A DNA stretch of 64,000 nt from Deltaproteobacteria bacterium (GCA_031396445.1 JANNKU010000149.1:30975-94974); one strand, 5' to 3'. Positions 8,610 to 18,758 are shown, counted from the first letter of the stretch. Made by a program: numbers and translations. Notes: a model not told the origin generated them from the sequence alone.

Positions 8610-10793
8610 TCAGCTGCCGAGCACTTGCCGGATCGCGCCGACGAGCTCCTCGGGCTCCCATGGCTTGCGGAGGAATGCGTCGAGACCGCGCGCTGCGAAG
8701 CGTTCGGCAACGCGCGCCGCGTCATAGCCAGTGACCAGGATCACCGGCAGATCGCTGCGCGCTTCGCGCAGTCGCAGGAACAATTCTTCGCCGCTCATGT
8801 CGGGCATCGTGAGATCGAGTAGGACGGCATCGACCGCCGCGACGCCGATCTCGCGCACGTGATCGAGCGCTTCGCGACCGCCGCGCGCCGCAAGCACGCG
8901 GAAGCCCGCGCGCGTGAGCACTTCGCTCGCCACTTCGAGAATGCCCTCGTCATCATCGACGATCAGCACCGTGCCACCCACTGCGGGCGACACGTCGGTG
9001 CGCGATGTCGCGCTCGCTTCGGGATGTCGCGCGGCGCTCGGCGGAAACAACGCGCGCACGCGCGTGCCGCGTCCCAACTCGCTCTCGATGCAGATCGCGC
9101 CGCGATGCGCCTGCACGATGCCGAGTACAGCCGCCATGCCGAGACCGCGGCCCGAGAACTTCGTCGTGAAGAACGGCTCGAAGACGCGTGCGGCAGTGGC
9201 AGCGTCCATGCCGCAACCGTCATCGCTGACGCTGAGTTCGACGACGGCGCCCGGCGCGATCTCGTCGCTGCCGAACGCGTCGCGCACTTCCGCGTGCGAG
9301 ATTTCCACCATCGCGACGCGCACGACGATGCGCATGGCCTCCTCGCGCTGCGCCTCCGATGCGTTCAGCACGAGATTCATCAGCACCTGCCGCATGCCGC
9401 CCGCGTCGGCCTCGATGGTGGGCAGCGCGCCGCTCGGCTCGAACACGAGTTCGCAGCGCTCCGGCACCGACGCGCGCAGCAGCTCCGCCATCGACGCGAC
9501 CAGCGCGCCGAGATCGAGCGGAGTGCGCTTGGGCGACGACTTCCCTGCGTAGGCGAGCATCTGATCGGTGAGCGATGCGGCGTGTTGCGCGGCCTCGGCG
9601 ATACGCGCGACACGCGGCCGTGCCGGCGCATCGTCGCTCAGTTCGTCGAGCGCGAGCCGCGCGCTGCCGCGAATCACCGTCAGCAGATTGTTGAAATCGT
9701 GCGCGATGCCGCCCGCGAGGATGCCCAGGCTCTCGAGACGCTGCACCTGCTCGACGTGGCGACGCAGGCGCTCGCTCTCCTGCTCGGCGCGCTTCAGCTC
9801 GGTGACATCGCGCGCAGATCCCAGCACCTCGATGCTGCCCGTGACACCAAACAAGACACGCGCGAGCCGCAGCTGAATCCAGCGCGGTTCGCCATCGCGA
9901 CCGACCAGCTGGCGCTCGAGAGCAATCGGTTGGCCAGCCTGGATCTGCCGATACTCCCGATCCATCTGCTCGCGCGCGCCGGGCTCGAGCAGTCGCAACC
10001 AGCCGTGGCCATCGATGTCTTCGGCGCGCCAGCCGAGCGTGGCCTCGAAGGCGCCCGCCGTCCATACACGCGTGAGCCGCGCATCGCGATCGATGCGGAG
10101 CTTGAATGCAAAGTCGGACGCGAGTTCGGAAATGGTTCGGTAGCGCTCTTCGCTCGCCGCCAGTTCGAGCGTGCGCGCGGCGACGCGCTCCTCGAGCACG
10201 CGTCGCACCGCGCGGCGCAGTTGATCGCCCGCGGCCTGAATCTGGATGCAGAGCACGAGCGGTGCGACGGCGAGCCACAGCGGCACGAGTCGCAAAATCT
10301 GTCTTCCCGATGCGAGCGACAGCAGATGGATGGCGCCCGCCACCGCGAGCAACGCCATCGCCGGCGCGAGTAGCCGCCCCGAGATCGTGGCTTCCTGCTC
10401 TTGCGCGAGGCGCCACGCGACGAACGCCGCAGCGAACACCGCGAGCGGTTCGCACAGAAGTCCCAGCGCGTAGCCCGCTTGCGAGCCGAAGAGAGACGCG
10501 ACCGCCGCCCGCAGCAAACCGAAGGCCACTGTTGCCGGCCACCACCAACGGGGCACTGGGCGACCCGCGAGCCCGAGCGTGCCCGCGAGAAACAACGCGG
10601 CGCTGATCGTGCCGAGCGGCTGCGCGATCAGTTGCAGCTTCGCAAAAGTCGGAAGCGCTGCGGGAATCGCACCGGCGATGGCAGCCGCGCACCAACCAGC
10701 CATCCAATACCCGACCGGCCCCATCCGTTGCAGCAGTCGCGCTGCCAGCACGGTGAAGAGCGCGAGAATCAGGAGCAGTGCGATTTCGAGCAC
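8610..10793 (-). CDS. Hybrid sensor histidine kinase/response regulator (multi-TM sensor, PAS, HisKA, HATPase_c, REC)
   Basis: The N-terminal roughly 190 aa are hydrophobic. A PAS-like region follows. The H-box is GGIAHDFNNLLTVI, the G-boxes are DDGCGMD and GRGLGMA, and the receiver region is VLIVDDDEGILE...LLDLTMPDMSG...PVILVTGY. Confidence 0.93.
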   Translation of the reverse strand: MLEIALLLILALFTVLAARLLQRMGPVGYWMAGWCAAAIAGAIPAALPTFAKLQLIAQPLGTISAALFLAGTLGLAGRPVPRWWWPATVAFGLLRAAVASLFGSQAGYALGLLCEPLAVFAAAFVAWRLAQEQEATISGRLLAPAMALLAVAGAIHLLSLASGRQILRLVPLWLAVAPLVLCIQIQAAGDQLRRAVRRVLEERVAARTLELAASEERYRTISELASDFAFKLRIDRDARLTRVWTAGAFEATLGWRAEDIDGHGWLRLLEPGAREQMDREYRQIQAGQPIALERQLVGRDGEPRWIQLRLARVLFGVTGSIEVLGSARDVTELKRAEQESERLRRHVEQVQRLESLGILAGGIAHDFNNLLTVIRGSARLALDELSDDAPARPRVARIAEAAQHAASLTDQMLAYAGKSSPKRTPLDLGALVASMAELLRASVPERCELVFEPSGALPTIEADAGGMRQVLMNLVLNASEAQREEAMRIVVRVAMVEISHAEVRDAFGSDEIAPGAVVELSVSDDGCGMDAATAARVFEPFFTTKFSGRGLGMAAVLGIVQAHRGAICIESELGRGTRVRALFPPSAARHPEASATSRTDVSPAVGGTVLIVDDDEGILEVASEVLTRAGFRVLAARGGREALDHVREIGVAAVDAVLLDLTMPDMSGEELFLRLREARSDLPVILVTGYDAARVAERFAARGLDAFLRKPWEPEELVGAIRQVLGS

Positions 10794-10811
10794 GGCGCGG
10801 CCAGCATACCG

Positions 10812-11855
10812 CTAGCGCTGCAGGATCTCCGTCGGAATCGATCCCTTCGTCTCGTGCGGCATGACACCAGATGCAGAACGTGCCGCGCGCACCGATGGCG
10901 GTGGCATCCATTGCGGAACGCCATTCTGCGTGGGAGGGATTGCGGTCACGGGCACCACCACGGGTTCGTGTGGGGCAGCCCAGCCCGGCGCATTCGCGAC
11001 GTAGCGCGTCAGCACCGCGCGCAGTCCCTGCACCAGGAACGAGCTCTGCTCCGTGCGGATCCAGCCGTCGAGTCGAACCGGCACGCGCGCGGGGCCGCTC
11101 ACCCACACGATGCCTTCGCCGCTGGCGTGCTCTCTGCCATCGAGCCACGTCGATGGACGCACCGCGAGCGCGGGCAGCGCGCCGAACGCTTTGCTCGATA
11201 CGGTCTTCGCCGCGCCGACATCGATGCGGAACTCGTAGAGTTTGCGGTTCGCGTAGGTGGGAACACCGACCGTGTAGCCCTCGGCGAGCGGCAGTGCGCG
11301 CAGCAGGTAGACGAGGTCCGACGTGTCGTAGACGAAGGGACCGAAGTCGAGCACCAGTTCGCGACGCTGATTCTTGTGGCTCTTGTCGAGCCGGGCGTGC
11401 AGGAAATGGGTCGCGGCATCGAAGCGTACTGATTCGTCGTAATGCTTCTCGCCGTGCTTCTCGAGAGCGCGCGTGCGCACCGTGACGAAGCGATCGAGAT
11501 CGATCCATGCCTCGCTGCGATCGTCCACCGGGTAGATCGCGGAGAAGACCGCGTTGGTGCGCACGGTGCCGACGATATGCGCGTAACGCGCGCCCTCCGC
11601 CTCGACGTAGCGCGCGACTTCGATCCCTACTGTGCCGGCGGGCACCCCGAACCAGGACACCGCGTACTCGAGGCGCTCGCCCACCGGGAACGGGAAGCGC
11701 GGCGGGCGCAGCGCGAGATCAGCGGGTGTCAGCACGCGCAATCCCGGCGCGTCGAGCAGGAACGATTCGGGCGCAGGCTGCGCCGCGGCGCGCGCTGCGG
11801 CGACGGCGAGCGCGACGAAGATCAACGCAGCGATGCGTCGGCGTGGTCCGCGCAT
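10812..11855 (-). CDS. DUF3108 domain-containing protein (secreted)
   Basis: Starts at MRGPRRRIAALIFVALAVAAARAAAQ (CAT at 11853-11855). GERLEYAVSWFGVPAGTVGIEV is the typical DUF3108 opening strand pattern. Confidence 0.8.
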   Translation of the reverse strand: MRGPRRRIAALIFVALAVAAARAAAQPAPESFLLDAPGLRVLTPADLALRPPRFPFPVGERLEYAVSWFGVPAGTVGIEVARYVEAEGARYAHIVGTVRTNAVFSAIYPVDDRSEAWIDLDRFVTVRTRALEKHGEKHYDESVRFDAATHFLHARLDKSHKNQRRELVLDFGPFVYDTSDLVYLLRALPLAEGYTVGVPTYANRKLYEFRIDVGAAKTVSSKAFGALPALAVRPSTWLDGREHASGEGIVWVSGPARVPVRLDGWIRTEQSSFLVQGLRAVLTRYVANAPGWAAPHEPVVVPVTAIPPTQNGVPQWMPPPSVRAARSASGVMPHETKGSIPTEILQR

Positions 11856-11871
11856 CACAAGACTCTGCGCA

Positions 11872-12684
11872 TCAGAAGAGCTTGAAGTGCGTCGCGAGCG
11901 CGGCGCTGATCGCCGAGAGCGTCCACAGCGAGACGACGCCCCAGCCGATGCGCCCGAACTCGCCGGCACGCCAGCGGCGAAAGAGCACGTCGCCGGTCAT
12001 CACCAGCGCGATCGCGAGCGCACCGAGCGCGAACACGTTGTGCGCGCGCAGGCCGAGCGCCAGCACGACGGCGCCGAGCAGCACCGCGTGCGCGGCGAGC
12101 ACGAAGAGCACCGGCCACAGCATCGGTTCGTCGAAGAACGGCGCGAAGAAACGCTCCGCGCGGCCGGGCGCGTTGCCGGCGGCGGCGGGATCCAAGTTCG
12201 CCTCCGCCAACTCGCGCACCATCGAAACCAGGCGCCCGCTCGTCACGAACGCGTGTAGCGCGTGATCGTCTTCGACCTCGAAGAGCTGCACGTAGCCCCG
12301 CGTTCCGCTGCGCGCGAGGCGCTGGCTGTCGGCGAGCGGCACGATCTCGTCGCCGCGCGCGTGCACCATCCAGACCCGCTCGCCCGCCGGGATCTTCGCG
12401 CGCAATCCCTGACGCAACGCAGCCTGTGCCAGCAGCAGCGTCGGGCCGCTCCACTGTTCGCGCTGCAGCAACGCGACCGCAATGGCGCCGCCGAACGACG
12501 ATCCCACCACGACATCCGGCTCGAAACGCCGAATCGCCTCGGCGTGCAGCGCAACGCAAGCCTCGAAGTTGCTCGTGTCCATCGCGGGCGTTCGGGTCTC
12601 GAACTCCGCCGCGAGCGCGCGCGCCTTGTTGCCCTGCGGCGAGCCTTCGAGACCGTGGATGAATTGCACGCGGAGTCGCGCCAT
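11872..12684 (-). CDS. Alpha/beta hydrolase (YqiA/UPF0227-like esterase) with C-terminal transmembrane extension
   Basis: MARLRVQFIHGLEGSP, a nucleophile-elbow-like VVGSSFGGAIA, and HARGDEIVP...DDHALH. The last roughly 90 aa form 3 hydrophobic helices. Confidence 0.75.
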   Translation of the reverse strand: MARLRVQFIHGLEGSPQGNKARALAAEFETRTPAMDTSNFEACVALHAEAIRRFEPDVVVGSSFGGAIAVALLQREQWSGPTLLLAQAALRQGLRAKIPAGERVWMVHARGDEIVPLADSQRLARSGTRGYVQLFEVEDDHALHAFVTSGRLVSMVRELAEANLDPAAAGNAPGRAERFFAPFFDEPMLWPVLFVLAAHAVLLGAVVLALGLRAHNVFALGALAIALVMTGDVLFRRWRAGEFGRIGWGVVSLWTLSAISAALATHFKLF

Positions 12685-12693
12685 CGCGCCAAT

Positions 12694-14043
12694 CTAGCCG
12701 ACTCGAATCTCCACCTGCTGAAGGTCGCCCGCTTTCGCTCGCTTGCTGCGCACCGCCGGATTGAAGTACGCGAAGCCGAGTTGCGGGAAGCGCTGCGCCA
12801 ACGCGTCGCGCAGCCAGCGCATGCCGTGGCCCGGCCGGATCGTGCCGCGCGGCAGCGCCTTCCGGTACAGCTCGGGATCGAGGTTCAGATTGCGCAGCTG
12901 GATGCGATGCAGGCCGGTGCGCTCGATGAGGCCACAGAGCGCGTCGAGTTCCGCGTCGGTGTCGGTCACGCCCGGGAAGCAGAGCAGATTGATCGAAGCG
13001 TGGCCGCCCGCCTGCACGACGATCGAGATGCTCTCCTCGACCTCGGCGAAGGAGTAGCCGCGCGGGTTGTAGTACGACGCGTAGACCTTCGGGCGCGGCG
13101 AGTTCATGCTGGCGCGCATCGCGTCGAGGCCCGCGTCGCAGAGCGCGCGCACCACGTCGGGGCGACTCGCGTTGCTGTTCAGGTTGATCGTGCCGCGCGC
13201 GCCGGCCGCGCGAATCCGGCGCGTCGCCTCGACGAGGATCGGGCCAAACAAGGTCGGCTCGCCCTCGCAGCCTTGACCGAAGCTCACCACGCCCCGCGGC
13301 ACGCGCGCGAAATGCGCGAGCGCGGCGTCGGCGACCTCTCGCGGTGTCGGCGCGATGTTCAGGCGATCGTGGCTCGCGCGGAACGCGCCGTCCGGCTGCA
13401 GCGAGATGCAACCCACGCACTGCGCGTTGCACGCGATCGACACCGGAAGCGGTCCCTCGTGGCGGCCGATGAAGAAATTCTGCGCGGCGCGGCAGCCATA
13501 TTCGAGCGCGCAGCGCTCGAGCTGTCGCGCCACCCGATTGCGCGGCAGCAAGCGCTTCATCTCCGCCACGCCTTCCTCGATTCGCGGCAGCGAAAAACGC
13601 CAAGGGTCCTGGCGGCGATCTTCGTCGGAGCGAAACGCGCTCGTCCAGTACTGATCGTCGGCCCAACCGACCGCGGTGTAGGCGTAGAGCGGCAGCGTCG
13701 GCGCGTTGCGTCGCGTGCGCCACGCCGCGTGATGACCCGCCGTGTGCGCCGGCGCCACGAACGCCGCCACGGCGCGCGCCTCACCGCCCTCCCAGCGCGA
13801 AACAGAGAGCGGAGCACCCGTCGCGGGATCGAGACCCACCGGCGCGCGACCGGGCAGCGTGAAGAGATCCGAGCCGCGCGGCAGCGGGATCAATTCGCTC
13901 GCGGCGATCGCCTCGGCTCCCGCACCGCGCACACCGGCGAGCAGCAACTCCGGGTGATCGAAGATGCGTCCCTCGAGATCGCTGACGAGCAAGCGCACGG
14001 GCTCGATCGGAACGCGAGGCTGCGGGTGGGCCGTGTTGCGCAT
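12694..14043 (-). CDS. Radical SAM domain protein with long N-terminal extension
   Basis: Starts at MRNTAHPQ (CAT at 14041-14043). The CxxxCxxC cluster CNAQCVGC follows an N-terminal domain of about 190 aa. The C-terminal region contains SINLLCFPGVTD. Confidence 0.85.
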   Translation of the reverse strand: MRNTAHPQPRVPIEPVRLLVSDLEGRIFDHPELLLAGVRGAGAEAIAASELIPLPRGSDLFTLPGRAPVGLDPATGAPLSVSRWEGGEARAVAAFVAPAHTAGHHAAWRTRRNAPTLPLYAYTAVGWADDQYWTSAFRSDEDRRQDPWRFSLPRIEEGVAEMKRLLPRNRVARQLERCALEYGCRAAQNFFIGRHEGPLPVSIACNAQCVGCISLQPDGAFRASHDRLNIAPTPREVADAALAHFARVPRGVVSFGQGCEGEPTLFGPILVEATRRIRAAGARGTINLNSNASRPDVVRALCDAGLDAMRASMNSPRPKVYASYYNPRGYSFAEVEESISIVVQAGGHASINLLCFPGVTDTDAELDALCGLIERTGLHRIQLRNLNLDPELYRKALPRGTIRPGHGMRWLRDALAQRFPQLGFAYFNPAVRSKRAKAGDLQQVEIRVG

Positions 14044-14162
14044 ATGGAATTGGCGAGCATGACCGACGGTCGCGCCGCAGCGCAACCAAGTCGCGGCTGG
14101 GGCTGCCGCTCGCGCTCGATTCGGGGCATGCTGTACGCGCTCGAAATCTTGGGAGGTGCTTC

Positions 14163-14522
14163 ATGCGTGTGCGTGCGTTCGGCGCCACTTTGATTGCCAT
14201 CGTCGTCGCGAGTCTCGGGGTCGCGGCGGTCACTGCTGCGCAGACGACCGACGTCGTGGTCGGCGTGCCGATCCGCGATGGCAAGGCGGGCAAACCGCAG
14301 CCGGGTGTGATCGTCGATCTCGAGGGCAAGCAGCGCCGCGATCCGCTGCCCGCTCCGGTGATCATCCAGAACGCCGATGGCCCCGGGAAGACGACGGTGC
14401 GTCCGAGCTTCGGCGGTGGCTACACGGTCGAGAACGCGGACGGCTCGAAGACGGCGGTGAAGCCGCAATTCGGCGGCGGCTACACCATCGAGAAACAGGC
14501 TCCGGGCGCAAAGCCTCAGTAG
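14163..14522 (+). CDS. Small secreted protein with tandem FGGGYT(V/I)E repeats
   Basis: Signal peptide MRVRAFGATLIAIVVASLGVAAVTAAQ. The tandem units are TVRPSFGGGYTVENADGSK and TAVKPQFGGGYTIEKQ. It sits 33 nt upstream of the CsgG-like gene. Confidence 0.6.
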   Translation: MRVRAFGATLIAIVVASLGVAAVTAAQTTDVVVGVPIRDGKAGKPQPGVIVDLEGKQRRDPLPAPVIIQNADGPGKTTVRPSFGGGYTVENADGSKTAVKPQFGGGYTIEKQAPGAKPQ

Positions 14523-14555
14523 CGATCGCAGTGGTTCCAGGGGAGGATCGAATCG

Positions 14556-15542
14556 ATGCAGCGAGTTTTCACGGCAGTCTTGGTGACGCTCGTCGCTGTC
14601 GCGTGTCAAGGCACGCCGCAGTTGGGCAAGGGCGGATCGATGGTCTCGGGATCCGCCGGCTCTGCGGGCGCACAGGGAGCTTCGCTCCAACTCGTGCGCT
14701 GCACGCGTTCACTCGGCACGGCGGCGCTCGTCGAAGCGAGTCCCGAAGCGCTGACGGGGCTCCAGACGCTCGGCCTCTCCTCGCCGCTGCCGATCCTGCG
14801 CCTGTTGATGGCGCAATCGGGTTGCTTCCGCGTCGTCGATCGCGGCGCCGCGATGCGCAACATCGAGCAGGAGGAATACCTGCGGCAGAGCGGCATGCTG
14901 CGCGAGGGATCGCAGACCGCGAAGGGCAAGATGATCACGACGCAGTACCTGATCACGCCCAACGTGCTCTTCTCCAATCCGAATGCCGGCGGCGCGGCGA
15001 TCGGCTCGGCGGTCGGAGGCCTGCTCGGCGGCGGCGCCGGCGCGCTGATCGGCGGCGCGGTCGGGAGCATTCGCATCAAGGAAGCGCAGACGATGCTCTT
15101 CCTGACCGACGCGCAGAGTGGTGAGCAGATGGGTGTCGCCGAAGGCTCCGCCAAGGTGACCGATTTTGGTGGCGGCGGTGGCCTCGGCGGTTGGGGCGGC
15201 GGCGTCGCGGGCATGGTCGGAGTCAGTGGCTACGGCAACACGGCCGAGGGCAAGTTGATCGCGGCGGCGCTGATGGATGCGCACAACAAGCTCGTGGCGC
15301 AGGTGCAAGCCACGCAGCCGAACGAGCTCTACGCGCCGCGCAAGGGCAGCGCGATGACGAGCGCGATGATCGGTGACATCCAGGGCGAGCTGGTCCGCGC
15401 GGGCTATCTGCCGGCCGGTTCCCCCGACGGCTCGATGGGCCCGAAGACGGCCACCGCGATCCAGGAGTACCAACGCGCGAAGGGCCTGCTCGTCGATGGC
15501 ACGCCGAGCGCCGCGCTGCTCGAGTACATGCGGAGCCACTGA
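14556..15542 (+). CDS. CsgG/HfaB-like lipoprotein fused to glycine-zipper segment and C-terminal peptidoglycan-binding (PG_binding_1) domain
   Basis: Lipobox LVAVAC. The CsgG-like core is ILRLLMAQSGCFRVVDRGAAMRNIEQEEYLRQSGML...TTQYLITPNVLF. The Gly-rich stretch is GGAAIGSAVGGLLGGGAGALIGGAVG. The C-terminal GPKTATAIQEYQRAKGLLVDGTPSAALL fits a PG-binding domain. Confidence 0.72.
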   Translation: MQRVFTAVLVTLVAVACQGTPQLGKGGSMVSGSAGSAGAQGASLQLVRCTRSLGTAALVEASPEALTGLQTLGLSSPLPILRLLMAQSGCFRVVDRGAAMRNIEQEEYLRQSGMLREGSQTAKGKMITTQYLITPNVLFSNPNAGGAAIGSAVGGLLGGGAGALIGGAVGSIRIKEAQTMLFLTDAQSGEQMGVAEGSAKVTDFGGGGGLGGWGGGVAGMVGVSGYGNTAEGKLIAAALMDAHNKLVAQVQATQPNELYAPRKGSAMTSAMIGDIQGELVRAGYLPAGSPDGSMGPKTATAIQEYQRAKGLLVDGTPSAALLEYMRSH

Positions 15543-15572
15543 GCGCAGCATCCGCGGCGGAGAATCCCGCAG

Positions 15573-17276
15573 ATGGCCGACACCAACGCGCCCCGCCTGA
15601 AGCCCGAAGTGCGCGGCTTTCTCCGCCACATCTGGCGCAAGGCGATGACGCCCGACGATTGGTCGCGGGGCGGGAATCCACATCCGTGGTGGGACGACAA
15701 GAGCCTCGCGCCGATGTTGTCGTTCGCGCGCTTCGATCTCTCGGAGTCGTCCTACGCCTTTCTGTTGCTCGCGCGCAAGACGCCGGCCTGGCGCGAGGTC
15801 TACACGCAAATCCTCGACGAGCTGATCCGCCGCCACACCACCTACTGGGCGGCGGTCGATTGGCTGACGCAGATCGGGCCAGATCCCGATCGCGCGAACT
15901 ATCCAAAGGCGTATCGGAGGCTGATCCCGAAGGATCTCTGGGGCCATTACGACGTGCCCGGTTGGACCGCCAACGGCATCGAGCCCTGGGGATTGCAGCC
16001 CGACCCGATTGGCTCGCCGGGGAATCTCTTCTTTCGCGGCTTCTTCACGCTCTTGCTCGCGATCCACCGCGCGGTGTCGGGCGAGGCGACGTGGGACAAG
16101 CCTTTCGAGATGGCCGGTCTCGACGACCGCACCTTCGCGTGGACGCATCGCGGCATCGCGGACTATCTCAGCAACCAATGGGCGGAGGTTCCGCACGGCC
16201 CACATTGCGAGAACACCAAGAGCTGGCCCTTCTGTCTGTCGGCGGCGGGACTCGGCTTGCAGCTCACAGACACGACGCTCGGCTCGAACACGCATTGGGT
16301 GCATGACCGCTGGGTCGAAGACACCTTCAAGAAGAAGTTCATGGGCTTCGATACGCGCGGCCGGCTGCAATGGGTCGCGCTCTACTACGACCCGATCCTC
16401 GATCGCGTACACGGCGATCGCCGCATCCTCGGCCTCTTTCCGTCGATCTACGTCGTTCCGCAGAATCGCGCGCTCGGCGAGGTGCTGTACCGGAACGCGG
16501 TTGCATCGACCGGCTGGGACAAGCGCTACCTGCCGGTCCTATTTCCAGGCGGCGGCGATCCGCGCCCGCTGACGCTCGGCTTCCTGATGGCGCGCGAGTA
16601 CGGCGACGACACGACCGCGCGTCGCCTCGGCAAAAAACTGGCCGCGCTGGAGAACTCGCGCTTCTTCGATGCCGACGGCGGCAGCGACGAGGACGAGTTC
16701 GGCCACTTCTTCCGCTACGGCGAGCGCTACCCGCGCGGCCAGGAAAGCGCGCTCTACATGCTGAAGGATCTGCTGGATGGCGAAGGCGATTGGTGGCGCG
16801 CCTTCAACGAGCACGACACCGACAAGTTCTCCGCTCCCACCGTGACGGATGCGGAGTATCCGAAGCTCGGGTTCTCCGTCGCGTGGAACGACGTCGCGCG
16901 CGGCGTGCTCCAGCTCGAGAGCTACGCCGCGACTTCGAGCGCCCGCGGCGATGCGACGCGATTCAGCGTGCGCCAGCTCCCCGACGTCGATCGCGTGGAG
17001 GTGCGCCGCGATGGCGCGGTGCACGAAGCGTGGCGCGCGACGGGCGCGGGCTCGATCGAGATCGATACCAACGTCGGGGATCACCGCTTCGAGATCATCA
17101 CTGGCTACCGCGGGCTCGGCGCAACGAGGGCCGAAGCTGCAACGCGATCGGCGGACACGAATCGCGCACCTACCACCGACACGGTCGCTCGTGTCCGCAC
17201 CACGATGAGCGACATCGTGACTGCCGTCTCGACGGTCGGCGCTGGCTCCTGCCCCTGCTGTGCGGGGGTCGCGTGA
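15573..17276 (+). CDS. Conserved hypothetical protein (possibly linalool dehydratase/isomerase-like alpha/alpha-barrel; tentative)
   Basis: 567 aa, Trp- and aromatic-rich with good codon bias, and no signal peptide. The family assignment is from memory of similar annotations and is unverified. Confidence 0.6.
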   Translation: MADTNAPRLKPEVRGFLRHIWRKAMTPDDWSRGGNPHPWWDDKSLAPMLSFARFDLSESSYAFLLLARKTPAWREVYTQILDELIRRHTTYWAAVDWLTQIGPDPDRANYPKAYRRLIPKDLWGHYDVPGWTANGIEPWGLQPDPIGSPGNLFFRGFFTLLLAIHRAVSGEATWDKPFEMAGLDDRTFAWTHRGIADYLSNQWAEVPHGPHCENTKSWPFCLSAAGLGLQLTDTTLGSNTHWVHDRWVEDTFKKKFMGFDTRGRLQWVALYYDPILDRVHGDRRILGLFPSIYVVPQNRALGEVLYRNAVASTGWDKRYLPVLFPGGGDPRPLTLGFLMAREYGDDTTARRLGKKLAALENSRFFDADGGSDEDEFGHFFRYGERYPRGQESALYMLKDLLDGEGDWWRAFNEHDTDKFSAPTVTDAEYPKLGFSVAWNDVARGVLQLESYAATSSARGDATRFSVRQLPDVDRVEVRRDGAVHEAWRATGAGSIEIDTNVGDHRFEIITGYRGLGATRAEAATRSADTNRAPTTDTVARVRTTMSDIVTAVSTVGAGSCPCCAGVA

Positions 17277-17430
17277 GGACTTCGACGGCACGCGCGGATC
17301 TCGCGCAGCGCTTCGATTCGCGCTGACGGGTCGTCGGAACGCATCGTGCGTGCTCGAAGCACCGATCGAGCCGCAGAGCGCTGTGATCTACTTCACAGCA
17401 GGCAGCGATCCCGTTCGCGATGCTCCGGTG

Positions 17431-17787
17431 ATGCCGACGCGAAACCTCCTGCTGGACGACGACCTGAAACAGGAACTGCGCGCGGACCTGCGGCAGCTCC
17501 AACGCGACCTCACCGAAGCCGCGCTCGCCGAAGCGCTGCGGCTGCTCGAATCGCCCCGCTTCGAAGAGCTCACCGAGCAACAGGTCCGCGAAGTTGCGGA
17601 GTACCGGCCGATCGAGATCGCCGGCGAGCGCTTCTTCGAGCTGGCCTTCAGCCGCTCCAAAGAAGCCGGCGCGATGCTCGGCTTCGCGCGCATGCTCGGC
17701 GCCGATGATGTCCGCGACGACCTCGCGCGCCTGCGCGGATCGATTCGCCCCCCAACAAACGAGTGGCGCGATCCGCGCTCCGAGTAG
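17431..17787 (+). CDS. Hypothetical protein
   Basis: Internal start MPTRNLLLDDDLKQELRADL in ORF 17260..17787. It is acidic and helical with no recognisable motif. Confidence 0.45.
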   Translation: MPTRNLLLDDDLKQELRADLRQLQRDLTEAALAEALRLLESPRFEELTEQQVREVAEYRPIEIAGERFFELAFSRSKEAGAMLGFARMLGADDVRDDLARLRGSIRPPTNEWRDPRSE

Positions 17788-18720
17788 CTAGCCGAGGGCT
17801 GCTTGATGGGCCCAGGCCGCCAGGTCGGGAGCCGCGAGCTCGCGAACGCGTGCTTCGTAGCGCTGCTGGTCCCCTTCCTCGAAGAGGGCCTGCCACTGGC
17901 CGCTGGTGCCGCGATGGAAGAATCGCTGGTTGTCGTGCCAGATCGACTCGGTGACAGCGGGCGCCAGCCGGTCGGCGTTGCGGCGCATCTCCTCGAAGCT
18001 GGCAGCCCGGACGAGCTCGGGCCAGCGCGCTTCGGGCACCGAGATCGAGAGGCGCGCGGCCAGCGCACGCATCTGCCCTTCCAGGTCGGCCTTGAGATTC
18101 GCGTAGTGCAGCATCGCGATGTTCGGCCGGTCGCGGACGGCCCAGAAACTCGCGAGGTGATGCAGCACCGCGAGCACCGAGTTCGGCGTCTCGGTCGCCG
18201 GTGCCGGGTTCATCACGAAGGCCCAGAAGCGCTCGCGTTCGCTTTCGGGTTGCGGCGGCGGTCCGTTCGCGAGCATCTCGGCGATGTCGTCGTTGCCGAC
18301 GCTGGCAGCACGGGCGCTGAAGAGCGCAGCCGCGTCGGTGTTCGCCATGTGGTTGTCCCACGACAGCGCCACGTCGCGCGGGTCGCGTCCGACGCAGAGG
18401 TAGGTCACCCGCTCGTCGAAGGGAAGTCCGTCGAACGGCGTGTGAGTCTTGATGAAGCGCCGATGCGGCTGCGCCTCGAGCTCGGCGAGAATGTCCGCGT
18501 GCGGGCGTGTAAGCATGTCGATCCAGGGCGACACGCTCGTGAGTGGCTTGTCGAGGTCCGCACTCTGGAACACGAGCAGCGCGCAAATCCGCTGCATCCA
18601 CGTGGTGCCGCACTTGGGTGGCGTGCTGATCACGATGTCGCCGGGACGGAACTCGAAGCCTTCCCAACGCGAGCTGTCGTAGACGAAGGTCTTGTAGTGG
18701 ACCCGAGCAGTCTGCTTCAT
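17788..18720 (-). CDS. Sulfotransferase domain protein (PAPS-dependent)
   Basis: Starts at MKQTARVHYK (CAT at 18718-18720). The 5'-PSB loop is ISTPPKCGTTWMQ, and the 3'-PB region is FIKTHTP...YLCVGRDPRDVALS. Confidence 0.88.
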   Translation of the reverse strand: MKQTARVHYKTFVYDSSRWEGFEFRPGDIVISTPPKCGTTWMQRICALLVFQSADLDKPLTSVSPWIDMLTRPHADILAELEAQPHRRFIKTHTPFDGLPFDERVTYLCVGRDPRDVALSWDNHMANTDAAALFSARAASVGNDDIAEMLANGPPPQPESERERFWAFVMNPAPATETPNSVLAVLHHLASFWAVRDRPNIAMLHYANLKADLEGQMRALAARLSISVPEARWPELVRAASFEEMRRNADRLAPAVTESIWHDNQRFFHRGTSGQWQALFEEGDQQRYEARVRELAAPDLAAWAHQAALG

Positions 18721-18758
18721 GCGAGTCTCCCGGCGACGTTCACGGCGCGCGCATCCTA

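Noticed and set aside
6224-8725. 833-aa version of the DUF3604 ORF
   Set aside because: The N-terminal roughly 200 aa are Arg-rich and overlap the membrane-protein gene 8128-8508. A GTG at 8131 gives a proper signal peptide and a GTGA overlap.
9220-11508. 762-aa minus-strand ORF spanning the histidine kinase and DUF3108 genes in another frame
   Set aside because: It is extremely Arg/Ala-rich and crosses two well-supported genes that lie in different frames of the same strand.
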